Below, one piece after another: positions 26,834-40,515 of a stretch of DNA of 64,000 bases. Origin of the DNA: the human T2T-CHM13v2.0 reference genome, Homo sapiens. The notes below the pieces were generated by a model, which had not been told where the DNA came from, made no database searches, and was given only the letters and a program-made list of their open reading frames with translations. Every line of letters starts with the position of its first letter. The stretch's first letter is position 1. The position numbers and the translations under genes are program-made. The stretch lies in NCBI RefSeq assembly GCF_009914755.1, contig NC_060942.1; one strand, 5' to 3'.

Positions 26834-27933
26834 CTCAAGTGGGAAACAAGGAATGATTCCATTAATGAGAAAGAGCTAGCACAGTCATTTTCTTTAGCTG
26901 TCACTTAATAAGTGGACTAAATAACCTGCAGAATGTTGTTTCTTTTCCAAGTTAATTCTAATAAAAATACATTATAAGATGAACAGGTATTATTTCTCTC
27001 CCCATTTTACTTTCTGACCATGTGCCAGAAATGGAAATAATCTGACATTAAAAAAGAGAGTGTTTAAGATAAATCCTGTTTCGTGCTTCAATTCCAGTCT
27101 TGTCTCAATTGCTCTAGGAACAAGTGTTGTCTTTATTTGAGATGCAGCAACATTTCAGTCTTCAACCAAGCAAAGTATTTCAGTTGTAAAGGATTTAAGA
27201 ATAGAAATAGAAAATGATTCAGAGTAGCACTAGAAAAGGAAGCAGAATATAACAACCTCACTCCTTTCCCCTGGTGGTTTTATTTCTAGGAGGAAGATGC
27301 TGGAAAATTCCAAATCCTGGGGCTCCAAAACGTCTTTAAGGTGAAAACTCCTGGGACTTGGTGGCTTTTCAGCCTGCAGGATTATATCCTTTAAACATAT
27401 TTTATTCCAACTACTTGTTGAGCTGCTGTGAGATTCTATATAACTTTAGGGGGCGGGGGAGAAAGAAAGTAGGTCTGCAGTCTGAGGACAAATAGGAGTG
27501 TTTTTCTCTTCATCTCTTTAGTTCCTGGTTGTTAGAAATTACAGGGAGGCTTTTTGCTACATAAGAATGGGCGTAAAATTCTCTATGAACACTGACGATC
27601 ACAAAGAGTTTTCAAGAAAAAAAATGTGGAGAGAATTAGAATACAGCCAAGTCGTGTCTGATTTTCTATGTCATAGAATGTCCTTCCTTTGCCAGTTGAG
27701 TCTCTGGTCACTTTAAATTAGAACTAAAGCATATTGCTATAGTCAAAGTCTACAGCTGAAATATCTCTTGGTGACACTATACTTTATAAATTGAATTCAT
27801 AATAAGGCTTAATCTTTTCATAGATGGTAAAATTCTCTTTTGCTAAAATGTGTCTCATAATTCCTTTTTCTTGCCAATAGTGATATTAGCCAGAGAGAAA
27901 ATCTAAAACTTTCATCATTCCTGACAAGAAGAA

Positions 27934-30155
27934 TGATATGGCTTGTCTCTGTGTCCCCACCCAAATCTCACCTTGAATTGCAGTAATCCCCATGTGTTCA
28001 AGGGCAGGACCAGGTGGAGATAATTGAATTGTGGCTGTTCTCTTGATAGTGAGTGTGTTATCACAAGATTTGATGGTTTTATAAGGGGCTTCCCCCTTCG
28101 CTCAGCACTCATACTCTCTCCTGCCACCCTGTGAAGAGGTGCCTTCTGCCATGATGGTAAGTTTCCTGAGGCCTCCCCAGCCATGCAGAACCATGAGTCA
28201 AATAAGGTTCTTTTCTTTGTAAATTGCCCAGTCTTGGGTATTTCCTCCTAGGAGCATGAGAATGGACTAATACAGTAAATTAGTACCAGGTATTGGGTTG
28301 CTGCAGTAAAGATACCCAAAAGTGTGGAAGTGACTTTGGAACTGAGTAACAGGCAGAAATTGGAACAGTGTGGGGGGCTTGGAAAAAGACAGGAAGGTGT
28401 GGGAAAGTTTGAAACTTCCTAGAGGCTTCTTGAATGGGTTTGGCCAAAATGCTGATAGTGATATGGACAATGAAGTCCAAGCTGAGGTGGTCTCAGATTG
28501 AGATGAGGAACTTGTTAACAACCGGAATAAAGGTGATCATTGCTATGCTTTAGCAAAGAGACTGGTGTCCCTGTCCTAGAGATCTGTGGAACTTTGAATT
28601 TGAGAGAAATGATTTAGGGTATCTTGTAGAATACATTCCTAAGCAGTAAATCATTCAGGAGTTAACTTGGGTGCCCTTAAAAGCATTCAGTTTTATGTTT
28701 TCAAAAAGATATAGTTTGGAATTGGAACTTATGTTTAAAAGGAGGAAGCAGAGCATAAAAGTTTGAAAGATTTGCAGCCTGACAATTGTGATAGAAAAGA
28801 AAAACCCATTTTCTGAGGAGAAATTCAAGCTAGCTACTGAAATTTGCATAAGTAATGAGTCCAAATGTTAATCACCAAGACAATGGGGAAAGTGTCTCCA
28901 GGACATGGCAGAGATTTACACGGCAGCCCCTCCCATCAAAGGCCCAGGGAAAAATGCTTTCCTGGGCTGGGCCCAGGGCCTTGCTCATTTGTGCAGTCTC
29001 AGGACTTGGTGCCCTGCATCCCAGCTATGGCTAAAAGGGGCCAGCATACAGCTCAGGCCACTGCTTCAGGGGGTGCAAGCGCCAATCCTTGGCAGCTTAC
29101 ACATGATGTTGGGCCTGTGGGTGCACAGAAGTCAAAATTGAGGTTTGGGAACCTCTACCTAGATTTCAGAGGATATTTGGACGTGCCTGGAAGTCCAGGC
29201 AGAAGTTTGCTACAGGGGCAGAACCCTCATGGAGACCTTCTGCTAGGGCAATGCAAAAGGGAAATGTGGGGTCAGAACAGAACCCTCACATAGAGTCCCC
29301 ATTGGGGCACTGCCTAGTGGAGCTATGAGAAGGGGGCCTCCATTCTCCAGACCCCAGAATGGTAGATCCACAAACAGCTCACACTGTGAGCCTGGAAAAA
29401 CAGCAGATACAATGCCAGCCCATGAAAGCAGCCAGGAGTGGGGCTGTGCCCTGCAAAGCCACAGGGGTGGAGCTACCCAAGGCCAAGGGAGCCCATATTT
29501 TGCATCAACATAACCTGGATGTGAGAGGAGATCATTTTGGAGTTTTAAGATTTCACTGCTCTGCTGGATTTCAGACTTGCATGGGGCCTGTAGCCTCTTT
29601 GTTTTCAGCCAATTTATCCCATTTTGAACAGGTGTATTTACCCTATGCCTGTACCCACATTGTATCTAGGAAGGAACTAACTTGCTTTTGATTTTATAAA
29701 CTCATAGGTGGAAGGGACTTGCTTTGTCTCAGATGAGACTTCAGACTTGGACTTTCGGATTGATGCCGGAAAGAGTTAAGACATTGGGGGACTTTGGGAA
29801 TGATATGGTTTGGCTCTGTGTCCCCACCCAAATCTCACCTTGAATTGTAATAATCCCCAGGTGTCAAGGGTGAGACTAGGTGGAGATAACTGAATCATGG
29901 GGGCTGTTTCTGTCATGCTGTTGTCATGATAGTGAGTGAGTTCTCACAAGATCTGATGGTTTTATAAAGGACTTCCCCCTTTGCTTGGCATTCATTCTCT
30001 CTCCTGTGACCCTGTAAAGAGGTGACTTCTGCCATGATTGTTTTTCCTGAGGCCTCCCCAACCATGCCAAACTGTGAGACAATTAAACTTCTTTTCTTTC
30101 TAAATTTTTCAGTCTGGGATATTTCTTCATAGCAGCATGAGAATGGACTAATACA
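27934..30155 (+). mobile_element. Two-LTR THE1D-type MaLR provirus (5'LTR 27934-28274, internal 28275-29800, 3'LTR 29801-30155)
   Basis: Both LTRs run 'tgatatgg...ggactaataca'. Internal region starts 'gtaaattagtacc'. Perfect 5-bp TSD AAGAA at 27929-27933 and 30156-30160. Confidence 0.96.
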
Positions 30156-31405
30156 AAGAAGCTATGGATTTTTTTTTCTAAGATGAACTTTCCAAGTCAG
30201 CAAAAGCTATCTTTAACAACTCTAGCCACAGCTGCTGAAGTAGACTGTAAACTTCTTTCCTTACTCTTATTATGCCCAGCTACAAAATTAAAGGGTCAGC
30301 TTTTTATTTATATTATGGAAAGAATTATAAATAATGGGTTTAAAGACATTTGTTTAAACTTTTTTTTTCCAAGTAGCAATTTCAGAAGTGGTGATTAATG
30401 ATTATATTGGCTGGTATGGGCAGAAGCTAGAATCAAATTTCCCCATTAGTGCATATCATTTAAAGAACATAACACTGATGCTATTTCAGTTATCTCAAAG
30501 ACTAGGAACTCAATATCAAAGTCTGTGTAAAAGAGTGTACAATGTATTTGAAGATGAAAATATGGATTATCATCTAGTGTTTAATGCCTACATTATTCTT
30601 AAACCACAGGTATCGACATTAGCAGTGGGAAATAATGTTATGTAAACTAGAAAGCTTGGCTATCATAAATAAAGCTTAATGAACAAGTCACTATAATTTG
30701 TAATAATTTTTCTTAATCCTATTAACTATGCAGTTTTGTCAATTAAATAATATTGTCTCATTTTCCAAACTCTTGAGGTATATGAAAAGCTCCTCTATGT
30801 CAGTCTCTAGTCGCAAACAATTCCAATGAAAAGCCATCAAACAGATATGTATAAAAACAGTTAAAATAACCACCACAATAACATCACCAACCACCTTTTA
30901 CCAATGGTCTGATTAGAACTAATTATTGTTCTATCACTTTGCATACATTAGCATCACAAAAAAATTATTTAACATCTGTGTTAGACAGTTACTATTTTTC
31001 CCATTTTACAGATAAAAATTAATATTATCCAAATTAGCAAAAATGACATGTTATTTTACAGAGAAGATGGGTGTCTTTTGCAATAAGGATGTGTATTCTC
31101 TATGCATTTTACCTCTTAAATCTCATACCAAGGTTGTGGTTAAGAAGAGAGTACTTTTTTCCTCAATGGGCAAATATCTACGTAACTTTTATTATTAATC
31201 TAGTAGTTTAGTAAGATTTAGAAATATTAACTTTCTGAAGTGCTTGCTTGATTCCCTGTTAACTTAGGTACAGACACTTATCCTAGCCTTCCTGCAAACA
31301 TATACATGGATGAATGTCCTCACTCCCATTGTCATGGCTCAGCTCACTTGATCCATCAGCACCCTGTTTAGTTTACCTAGTAATGCATTGTAAATGTGCA
31401 TGTAG

Positions 31406-31466
<61 letters not shown>
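31406..31466. repeat. Compound (CA)n(GA)n microsatellite
   Basis: Read directly. Confidence 0.95.
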
Positions 31467-31472
<6 letters not shown>

Positions 31473-32139
31473 CTGAAGGATAGAACTATGATAAGCCTAA
31501 GAGCATAGTATGCTCACCATACAAGAAAAACTAAAAAATGTGTGAAAACCCCCTGAGGAAGGTTGAGCACAATGTAGTGTCCTAATCACTGCTTTGTTTA
31601 TGCTCTGAAGGGTTCATTGCCAGGTTGTCCCTAAAAATAATATTTACCTAATGTTCCTATTGATTCTTTTCCAAACAGGCTTTTCTTCCTTCTTTTCCTA
31701 GTGGAAATGTCAGAAAAGCTAGCCTCTGCTTGTACTCACTTTTTTATCATTCCTGGAAGTTGAAAACCCAAGAAACTGAGTACTTATTATCAAAACTTTT
31801 CTCAGAATGACAGGCTCTGAAAGTCCTTGACATTTATATGTGACTTTAGAAAACAGTGACATAAAATAAATGGATTATCAGCCATTTGTCCTGGCAATAA
31901 AGGAACTCCTTGTTGTCCCATTTTTGGGTTACAACCTCAAAATCTTGCCTAAAACTAATTCTTGTTAAGGAAGGCTTTTTCCAGCTGGTGTGTGTGTGTG
32001 TTTGTGTGTGTGTAAAGACAACCCTTTCCTTTTATGCTCAGTATTCTAGGGCATTGTGGCTGGCTTCTGTGTGCTTACCTGCATGTTTCTATGTGTTTTT
32101 TTCCTATTTGAAAGTGGAAGGACCTTCTAGGAACTCCAT

Positions 32140-32560
32140 TAGTGAGCAATGCTGAGTCACAGCTGCATGCATGTGGGAATCTGTTATGTCAGGTTGGTTG
32201 AGAAGAACAACGGAATAAAGCAGGCAAGCCAATCTTCTGGGAGGCTGACAACCTGACTTTCAAACCAATGCAGCTTTAAGTGTCAATTTAAATTAAAGGA
32301 CTAGGAGGCAGGGGCAATACCAAGCTGTCTCCATACGACTGCAAAATCTGGACCTGGTACAGATGTCTTTTACTGAAAAGTGCCTTTAGTGTCCTCCTGA
32401 AGCCATACTTAACAACTAGTGACAAGACAATATGGTCTTGGCGACCAGCCAATCCCCCGGCACTAACACAAGGTTTGCCATAACATTGCTTTGGTGGGCA
32501 GGAAGCGTGAGGAGAACAGCTGACAGGAAGGGATGATGCAGCTGTCCTGTCTGCTCCTGA
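32140..32560 (+). promoter_or_regulatory. Candidate non-CpG-island promoter/enhancer
   Basis: Repeat-free and locally GC-richer. NF-E2/AP-1 motif TGCTGAGTCAC at 32150-32160. CCAAT boxes at 32229, 32265 and 32449. CAGCTG E-boxes at 32160, 32517 and 32539. Confidence 0.5.
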
Positions 32561-32667
32561 AGACGCTGAATGCTGGCAGGGAAGGCTGAAGAAATGCCCT
32601 CAAACATAGACAAAAGCGTAACTGAGTGCTGGTGCTTGGTTGTGAGTGGCTAAACTGCAGAAAGAGC

Positions 32668-32694
32668 ATGGAAACACTGGAGCAATACAAAAAA
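32668..32694 (+). CDS. Candidate coding part of a first exon (METLEQYKK), phase-0 donor
   Basis: Strong Kozak agcATGg, nine codons, then AAA|GTGAGG. Alternative: ATG at 32594 (MPSNIDKSVTECWCLV) ending at GTT|GTGAGT 32642. Peptide not recognised. Confidence 0.35.
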
Positions 32695-33776
32695 GTGAGG
32701 AATAAAGGGTTTTTTTTTTTAAGGAGAACATTCAGGACAATAGGGTCTAAAATTCAACCACGACTAACCCTCACAACTAAAGGCTTATCTGCTCTCTCTT
32801 GGTTGCCTTTGGTGTATTTGTAACAAGTGAATGCCTCTAACAGGTTTCCCACTTTTGAGGCTGCATTCTCCAGGGTACCTGTGTGTTGTTTTAATTGGGT
32901 TTTTCAATCTGGAAAAAAGCAGATATTGTTTGAGTACAGTGTTCTGTAAATAATAAAAGGGACTATATATAATTTATTAACATGTTCTAAACATGTGTGG
33001 TTACAAGTGATTAGGCCAAGCAAATGGGCAGGTGTGGTCAAAGGCTCCAATTTTTATTTTTATTTTCTTAACAGAATAAAGTTCCTTGCTGGTTCACATG
33101 GTTCAGTGAAATCGAAGGGAGATATTGGGCTGGCAAGGTAAACTAGGTGAAATACTCCCAGCAGCAAAGAGTAATTTCATAGCCAGATTAATGTCATAGA
33201 CTGCAGACCTATCTGGGGGATTTAAGATGAATTTCAAAAAAAGTCAGGCGAATTCTTCGGTCAGTAATGCCTAGAGAGATGTCTGACTGATCTGTCCTAG
33301 TAAATTGCTATTTAACAAACAATATTAAGCACATGCTGTGTTTTTGGATCTTTGGTAGGCACTTGGGATATCATTTAACAACATTAATCAAAGCAGTTAG
33401 AAAATGTTAGCTCGTTGCCAGGTATGTCTCGTAGTGTTCTACATGTACTGGTTAAATCAAGCAGCATCAAAGTTTTGTAAGCAATTTTATTAATTTTAAT
33501 TTTAAAATTATTGTATAAATTATTTTGTATTTGTTATTATTTTGAAGAAACAGAGGGACAGCACACAGACTTCCCAGAGTTGCATTGCACTGAATGTATT
33601 TGCACTTAAGCTCTCGGTGTCCAGGGACTAGGTGGCAATTTTGGCACCTCATGCTTTCTTCAGGGGCTTTCTGTCCCTTAGAAGTGTACTGTGACTCCCC
33701 TTTTTTGATAATTAATTGTTACTGATCTGTTTCTGCCTTATCTTTCACTGTTTGATGTTTCGCACAATATTTATAT

Positions 33777-33777
<1 letters not shown>

Positions 33778-33808
<31 letters not shown>

Positions 33809-33848
33809 ATTTATTTATGCGTGTGCGTGTGTGTGTGCGTGCGCGCGC
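33778..33848. repeat. (TATC)n followed by a (GT/GC)n alternating tract
   Basis: 'ctatctatct...' then 'gcgtgtgcgtgtgtgtgtgcgtgcgcgcgc' at 33819-33848. Confidence 0.9.
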
Positions 33849-36800
33849 CACTCCTGCAGATGTGGTAGGTACAACAAGCTTCCAAAGAAAAAGTCTAGAT
33901 AAAAAATGCCAGTGAACCAATTCTATGGCTGTGGATTGAGATTTAAAATATCTCTTTGTTTTTTGATGATTGCAGAGTTGAGTTGGTACTTTAAAACAAT
34001 GTCATAACCCAGAAGCTCCTTATTCCAGGGTCTTTTTCAATTTTTTCCTACAAAACCCAGTACCCCTCTCTAGAAATCCCCTGCTTGGCCCTGGTTCTAA
34101 CTGTGTTGTCTATGGCTAACACATGTTGGCAGCATCAATAAAGCTTAGTTGATTTACTATCTGATGCACATTTACAGGTTAATCAACCTTACATATCTGA
34201 GAGCATCCCAAACAGTTTTGTGGCAGTAATAACTCTTCTCCTGAAGAGGTAGATGTGAGTAAAAAAGAAACAAAGAAAAAACCCCTTTATTTATGTATTG
34301 TATTTAATGAAACATTTCCAAGCTCTGCTTCTCAAATAGCAAACTATTTTTTAAGGAAGAAAGGAAGAATGGGAGGGAGGGGCAGTAGTAGAAGTAAGAA
34401 AAGAAGAAAAGAGATTTTTTTCTGTCCTTGTATTAAATACAAAAAGTTAGCAAATAACTAATGAAATCTTTCAAATAGGGGAAATGATAAATTCAAGCTG
34501 GATTAAGAAATTAAACTTTAAAAAAAAATCTTGTAAATTTAACAGATATTTCAAGATTTCAGTGGTATATTTAAAAAAAAAGTTTAATAGATTTTTTGTC
34601 GCTTTTCTGGTCTTTGTTACCCACACCACATAATCGCACTAATAAGACAGGCAAATCTAACATCTCATAGAAGATTCTTTTAATACTTATAAAATTAACC
34701 TAAGAAAATTCTTTCTGTATTTATGCTGTTAGGTTGTTACCTTGTTAAGGGTATAGGCTCTGACTTTTATAAGCTTAGTATGCTAATGATTCCTTCACTT
34801 GGGATCCATAAAAATATATGCAGTCTCTTTCCCATTAACTGCCAGGCTTTCCAGATTTTTCTGGTTTTCTGAATTATTAAAACAACAGCCCTTGCTGACA
34901 GTTGCTGCCATCAGCATCACACATTTATGAAGTACATATATGCTTCCATCAGTGTTAGATGCTGTACAGAGTGAGTTTAAGAATTGACCCCTTTAATCTA
35001 CAGAAAGGCAATCTTGTAGAGAGAACTGTGAGTGACATGACTAAAATGAAAATATTTTTTGACTTGTGAAGAATAAAATAATTTGTATATGTGAAAAGAA
35101 GCAATTGATTTTTACGTGGTAGTAAAGGAAGAAACTTCATATTTGTGTAAGATGTAAACTTGGAATAGACTTCATTAACCTAAGTAAGAATTTCAAAGAG
35201 GTTTGGATGAAAATATTTGGGAACTAGAAAACACTGAGTTGCTTGATTAAGGTAATGGAGGCTGCGGAGAGAGAAGTTGGTAGAGCAAAGCAGGGCAGGG
35301 GGATTTGAGCTAATGACAATTAACTATTATTTATTCAATGTCTAATAGTATGACAGCTTTGGGATATTTGTTTGGTAAATTTTTATCCTGGAAAGATTAA
35401 GTATTAATAGAAATTTTTACACTTTCTGGGCTTGCTGAATTGTCAGAAACAAACACATACATATTCACACAGAGACAACTACACAACACAAGCATTCCTC
35501 TTTTTTAGTAAGATATTCAGTACATAGTATAACAGAAACAACAACAACCAATCTTTATCTCATCCATGTTCTCTTGGCATCACCAAAGGAGAATGATTAC
35601 ATTAGACTGGACAGAATGTGAAAGTGATGATGAAACTTATAGTTTACAACTGAAATGGGTTGCACTGGAGAAAATTATAAAATTTGTCTTTCCATAAAAC
35701 TTGATAAAATGTAATTCCTGGATTATGTCTGCTTGTGTATTCTCACTTCAACCACATTCTATCATATTGGAAGCATGCATAGATTGGTGGTGTGTGGTTT
35801 ATAAAGTTTGTGTGTTAAATGCTATTTTATTAACTGTTTAGAACAAGTGTTGTACCAGGGGATTTCATTTAATTTGAGATTATTTTTATTCTTAATATTT
35901 CTAACTTATTGAAATTTGACATAAAATCTTGGCTTCCCAGTGATGAATAAAACAGAATATTTCATACACTTACTTGAGACAGCATTAAAGGAAACTGAAG
36001 CCATGAAAATGTCATGATGCAATCTAGTGAAAATTTATCTTCACAGGGAATTGTTCAATTACAAGTGAAATGAGATTGGAAATAATCTTTCCTTCTATAA
36101 ACCTTACACCTGGAAGACAATACATCTGTTTAATATGTTCTATTTGCAAAATTCTGATCTGTACCTCCTAGATTGAATTAAACAGCAGTCATACATGGTA
36201 TTATTGATACCTTCCCGAAAACTAAATAATCACAATGATACATCTCACACATTCATTTTAATTAGTCCTTTCATTATGAAAAAAATAAATTGTCATTGCT
36301 TTATTTTATGGTTGAAAACATTTAAACATTAAAGATTCAGGTATTTTATATTTCAATTTAACAAAAAACATATATCTTCTTCTATAATCTAAAAATGAAT
36401 ACATACACACATATACACACATACACATACACACACAACATATACACTTAGATTACAAAACTAAGGATTTTTGTTTAGTATATATTTGTTATATATATGT
36501 TATATATGTATCTCTAAATATACATATTCCTAGTTTTATATCTATATATGCACACATCTATAATATATATCTTTAGTTTTATGAACGTAAACATTAAAGT
36601 ATTTTAAGAATTAAATTTCTTTTAACACGTATCCTGTTTTCTCAGTGATTGTCAATATGTGTCTGATGCTTTATTTCTTTAAAAAAGAAAACCTCTGTTT
36701 ATAAAGTGACAAGTTTAAGGAAGGAAAATATGCAATGTCAACAGTATTGTTTCTATTCTGAGAACATTCTATGAGACTGGTGAACCAAACAAGGAATATT

Positions 36801-39029
36801 GTACTCAACTTTTCTACCCTTTCTGCTATTATTTCCCATATTTTTTATATCAACCAAACTGGTAACACACTCTTTCTTAAGCCCTACAGTACCCCGCACT
36901 GTTTTCCCCAAGCTGCTTTCTTTGTTTAGTCTGCATTTATCCCATTGTTGTTTTCATTTCCACTTCTTAAAATTGTGTGAGCTCTTTAGGTTATCACAAA
37001 CCAGCCCAGGGAGGAATGTTTTATAATCCCTCTGCTTGCCAACTGAAATGATTTTTTCCCTTATTGTAAGACCTAATATTTTCATGTCTCTTTACATTTT
37101 TTTACATTTTTCATATAATTGTTATATGTGTACTTGTAGAATATTCTGGATTATAAATTTGTTATTTTGATTTATTATTGTCTTTATCCATCAATGTTTT
37201 CTTTAAAAATCCAAAAGAAAATTATAATTTACCTTGGTTATTACTTTAATGAGTAGGGAATGATTAATACTGATGTTGGTATTACTGACAAGCACATTTC
37301 TTAGTTCTTTGTAATTATTATATTGTGTGTGTCATGTTTCTAGTGAAATACAGAATGCTAAATACTTCCTTACTTCAAACCCTTATCAGTATTACTATGC
37401 TATCATAATTACTTTATATAAGCCAAGTTACCTATTATATTTATTTTGAATGATACATTTTTCCTAAGAGGTAAATAAAATATTAATGTTAGAGCACACA
37501 CCTACAGACAAATTACTGGGAACACTAAACCTTCTTGATGAGTCTATTAACTTATCTGTAGCTGATTCTGGAACTCTAAGTGTTCTTAGACTGTTCAATT
37601 TTACTTTGGTACCATTTTAAGCCCTAGGAGATTTTATACACTTATATACAATGGAAAGTTTTCTTTGACAGGATACCAGCTTAGTAATTTTCTTCCATTC
37701 ACTACACAAGAAGCAGATAATTTAGAAAGTAGACAGCTACTTTTTGTGAGATAGAGAATTAATGACAGTAACTAAATGTTCCTTTCATTTACTATCGTGA
37801 TTTCAATGGACTGGGAAATAGTTAGAAGTGTATTAATGGAAACAGATGTCAAAAAACATTTTTACAATTGTTACCTTTTATAACAATAACATGAAATTAC
37901 TTGATAATACATTCTCCTGGTCACTGTAAATAGACACAAGAAATATTTGTAGGATGTAAAATTTACATTGAACATTAATGTATTGCTTTGTTAATTAGTA
38001 TGCTTAATTAGTTGTTTCTTTTTCACCTATATAAAGTTAAAAAATAAAGTTTTGTATTAGTATTTTTAGATACAATTTTAAACATGTAAAATTTTCAACT
38101 TGAAAGAGGCACTTTGCTTATTTACAAACTCTGACATCTTTATCATGTGACTCCTTAGGTGGGAGCCACACCTGTTGTCAATATCTGATGTTTCTAAGTA
38201 TTTTAAACTGAGTTAGACATCACGTTTTCTCACTGGGAACTAACTAGCACACTGTCAGCACCCAGTGTGCAATTATAAATTGTGAAAAATTTGACTGAAA
38301 AGGCTGAGGAAGTACATGCCTTATGCCAGTCTCACAGATTAGTGTAGGAAATACTTGTGGATTCAGAATCATTCTTGGCAAACACAACTGGGAACTTCAG
38401 AATAGTACTAGACAACAAGGTCCATATATTGTGATCCGGAGTTTTGGTCAGAGATACCAGGCGCCAAGTGGAACAACACTGAATGGAAAAAACAAACTTT
38501 GCTTAATTTCAGTCTTTGATGTCCATCAGATCACTTGCATAGAGGATTCATTGAGAGTGAACTGCAAAAGAGATGCTGATGGCCAGATTAAATGTTAACG
38601 TATTTCACTAATAAGGCTTTTCTCAGTTACCAAAATTATCTGGTTGTGAGCATATTGACTATATTGGTATTATTCATTTTGACACCTCAGATTCCAAACA
38701 CATCACTAAGCTTCGAAGACATCCTTAAACTATCCCTTCTGGGCATTTCCTCATGGGATGAAGTAATCATAGTCAGAAAACCTGAGTTGGCCTACTCACC
38801 TGTTCATTGCTGAAGTGTGAAGACCCAACTGCCTAGATTCAGGGTTTAACTCCTCTGACTTTCAACTAACAATGTCGTGATAAACTGCCACTCAACTTTG
38901 AGGATCAATTTCAGAATGGACTGTGGTGTGGTGGCTGTAAATATTTCCTCCTCCCATAAGATAGGTATAATGTTTTACTCTCTTATCTTGAAGTAGTAGG
39001 CTTTTGATGAGTCAAGTTAACTTTCTTTG

Positions 39030-39857
39030 ATTGTGAGGAAATACACAGAAAAGATAGTTTTGGGAAATGTTAGAAGCTCAGTGATGTGTTGGAAATAACA
39101 GGTGTAAAAATAAACAATAGCACAGTGGGTATTCTCATTAATATTACAATCTAGTGAAGGACAAAATATAAATGGGTAATAAAAATACAGAGTGATTAAT
39201 ACTATTAATGAGAAATGCATGTATAAGGGACAGTCAACCCAGACCTAGAGATTCTGATACTTTCCAAAGAAAATGACCTCAAGTTGAGAACTAAAAAAAA
39301 TGAGTAGAGGTTTGCCTGGTGAAAGACAGAGGAGAGAAAGTTTTAGAAAGAGGAAACAGCTTGGGCAAATGTTTGACAGGAGAAAGTGTTTTCTTGCACC
39401 TGGAAGTAGTTCAGTGTGGCTGGAATATAACATGTGAGAAATGGAATTGGGCACAGAGGAAGTGAAGGATAAGACAGAACCAGAATAGGAAGAGAAACAC
39501 AAAGCCATTTGAAGATGTTGAACCTATACTGAGGGCGATGTAAAGCTTCTTTGTATGGTCTTAACTAGGGAATGAGATGGCTGGATATAGGTTTCAGAAA
39601 GATCATTCCGGGAGTAACGAATGAAGTGGCCAAGTCTGAAGCTGTAGTTGTAGTGGATGGGATGGTCTACGGCTTAGGCAAGAGCTAATGGCAGCCTTAA
39701 GGCTGGTGTCAGTGGGAATAAAGAGCTGTCCCCATGAACCTAGTAGTTAGGAGGTGGCACTGAGCCAGACTTGATTAGTTCCTGGCTATGGGGTGGGGGT
39801 GGGATGAGGATAAATGAGGAATCAAGAGTGACACCCAAGTTTCTAACCTCAACAAAT
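39030..39857 (-). mobile_element. L2 3' portion
   Basis: 'ttacaatctagtgaagg', 'gaggaaacagcttgggcaaa', 'gttcagtgtggctggaata', 'ttcagaaagatcattccgg', 'ggaatcaagagtgacacccaagtttcta'. Confidence 0.8.
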
Positions 39858-40437
39858 TATGTTTATTGAGTTTCAGCATCTGTGCTTCATGATGAGTGAC
39901 AGCCAAATCTAATAAAGTCAAAACTCTCACTGATCCAGATTAAAAGGCAATGGGAAATGTTTCTCCAGAGTGAAAAGGCATTCTCTTATAATTGTTTGTG
40001 GAGAGGAAGGTTTTGAGATATTCTTCTCAAGCTCCCTCCGGGAGGCTCTGACAAATGTGGATGTCTTTTACCTCCCACTCTCAAGTGCTGCCATGGAGAG
40101 GTACAAAATTGCCAGTATGGATGGGGATATGCCCTATCCTTCAGATAGTTAGTTTAGAAGCAATAATGAAGATTAAAAAATGATTAGGACTTCACTTTTC
40201 TTTCTTTGTAGATTGACCATTACTTATGTAATCTATAGCTTCTCCAAATGTTAATCTTATCCCCTCTTCAGCTTCTCTTCACTTCAGTATTTATTGGGCA
40301 TCTGCTATCAGTCATAACTAAATACTCATGACTGTTTTCTGAAGGAGCTCACAGTTTGAGTCTTACCTATTCAAATCACAAGTAAAAAATGCCTAATACA
40401 AAAAGGACTTATTTTGAGATTATCAAGTACCAGAAGA

Positions 40438-40515
40438 TTAAATGTAGATTTAAACCAGCTAGGAAGGGGCAAACACTTAAATGCAGATTTAAACCAGCTA
40501 GGAAGGGGCAAACAT
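40438..40515. repeat. 39-bp tandem duplication
   Basis: ttaaatg(t/c)agatttaaaccagctaggaaggggcaaaca(c/t), two copies. Confidence 0.95.

Noticed and set aside
28267-29691. ORF cluster up to 142 aa
   Set aside because: Fragments of the decayed THE1 internal region, not a cellular gene.
32594-32700. Assigning a gene symbol to the candidate first exon
   Set aside because: I do not recognise either peptide; naming it requires a genome search.
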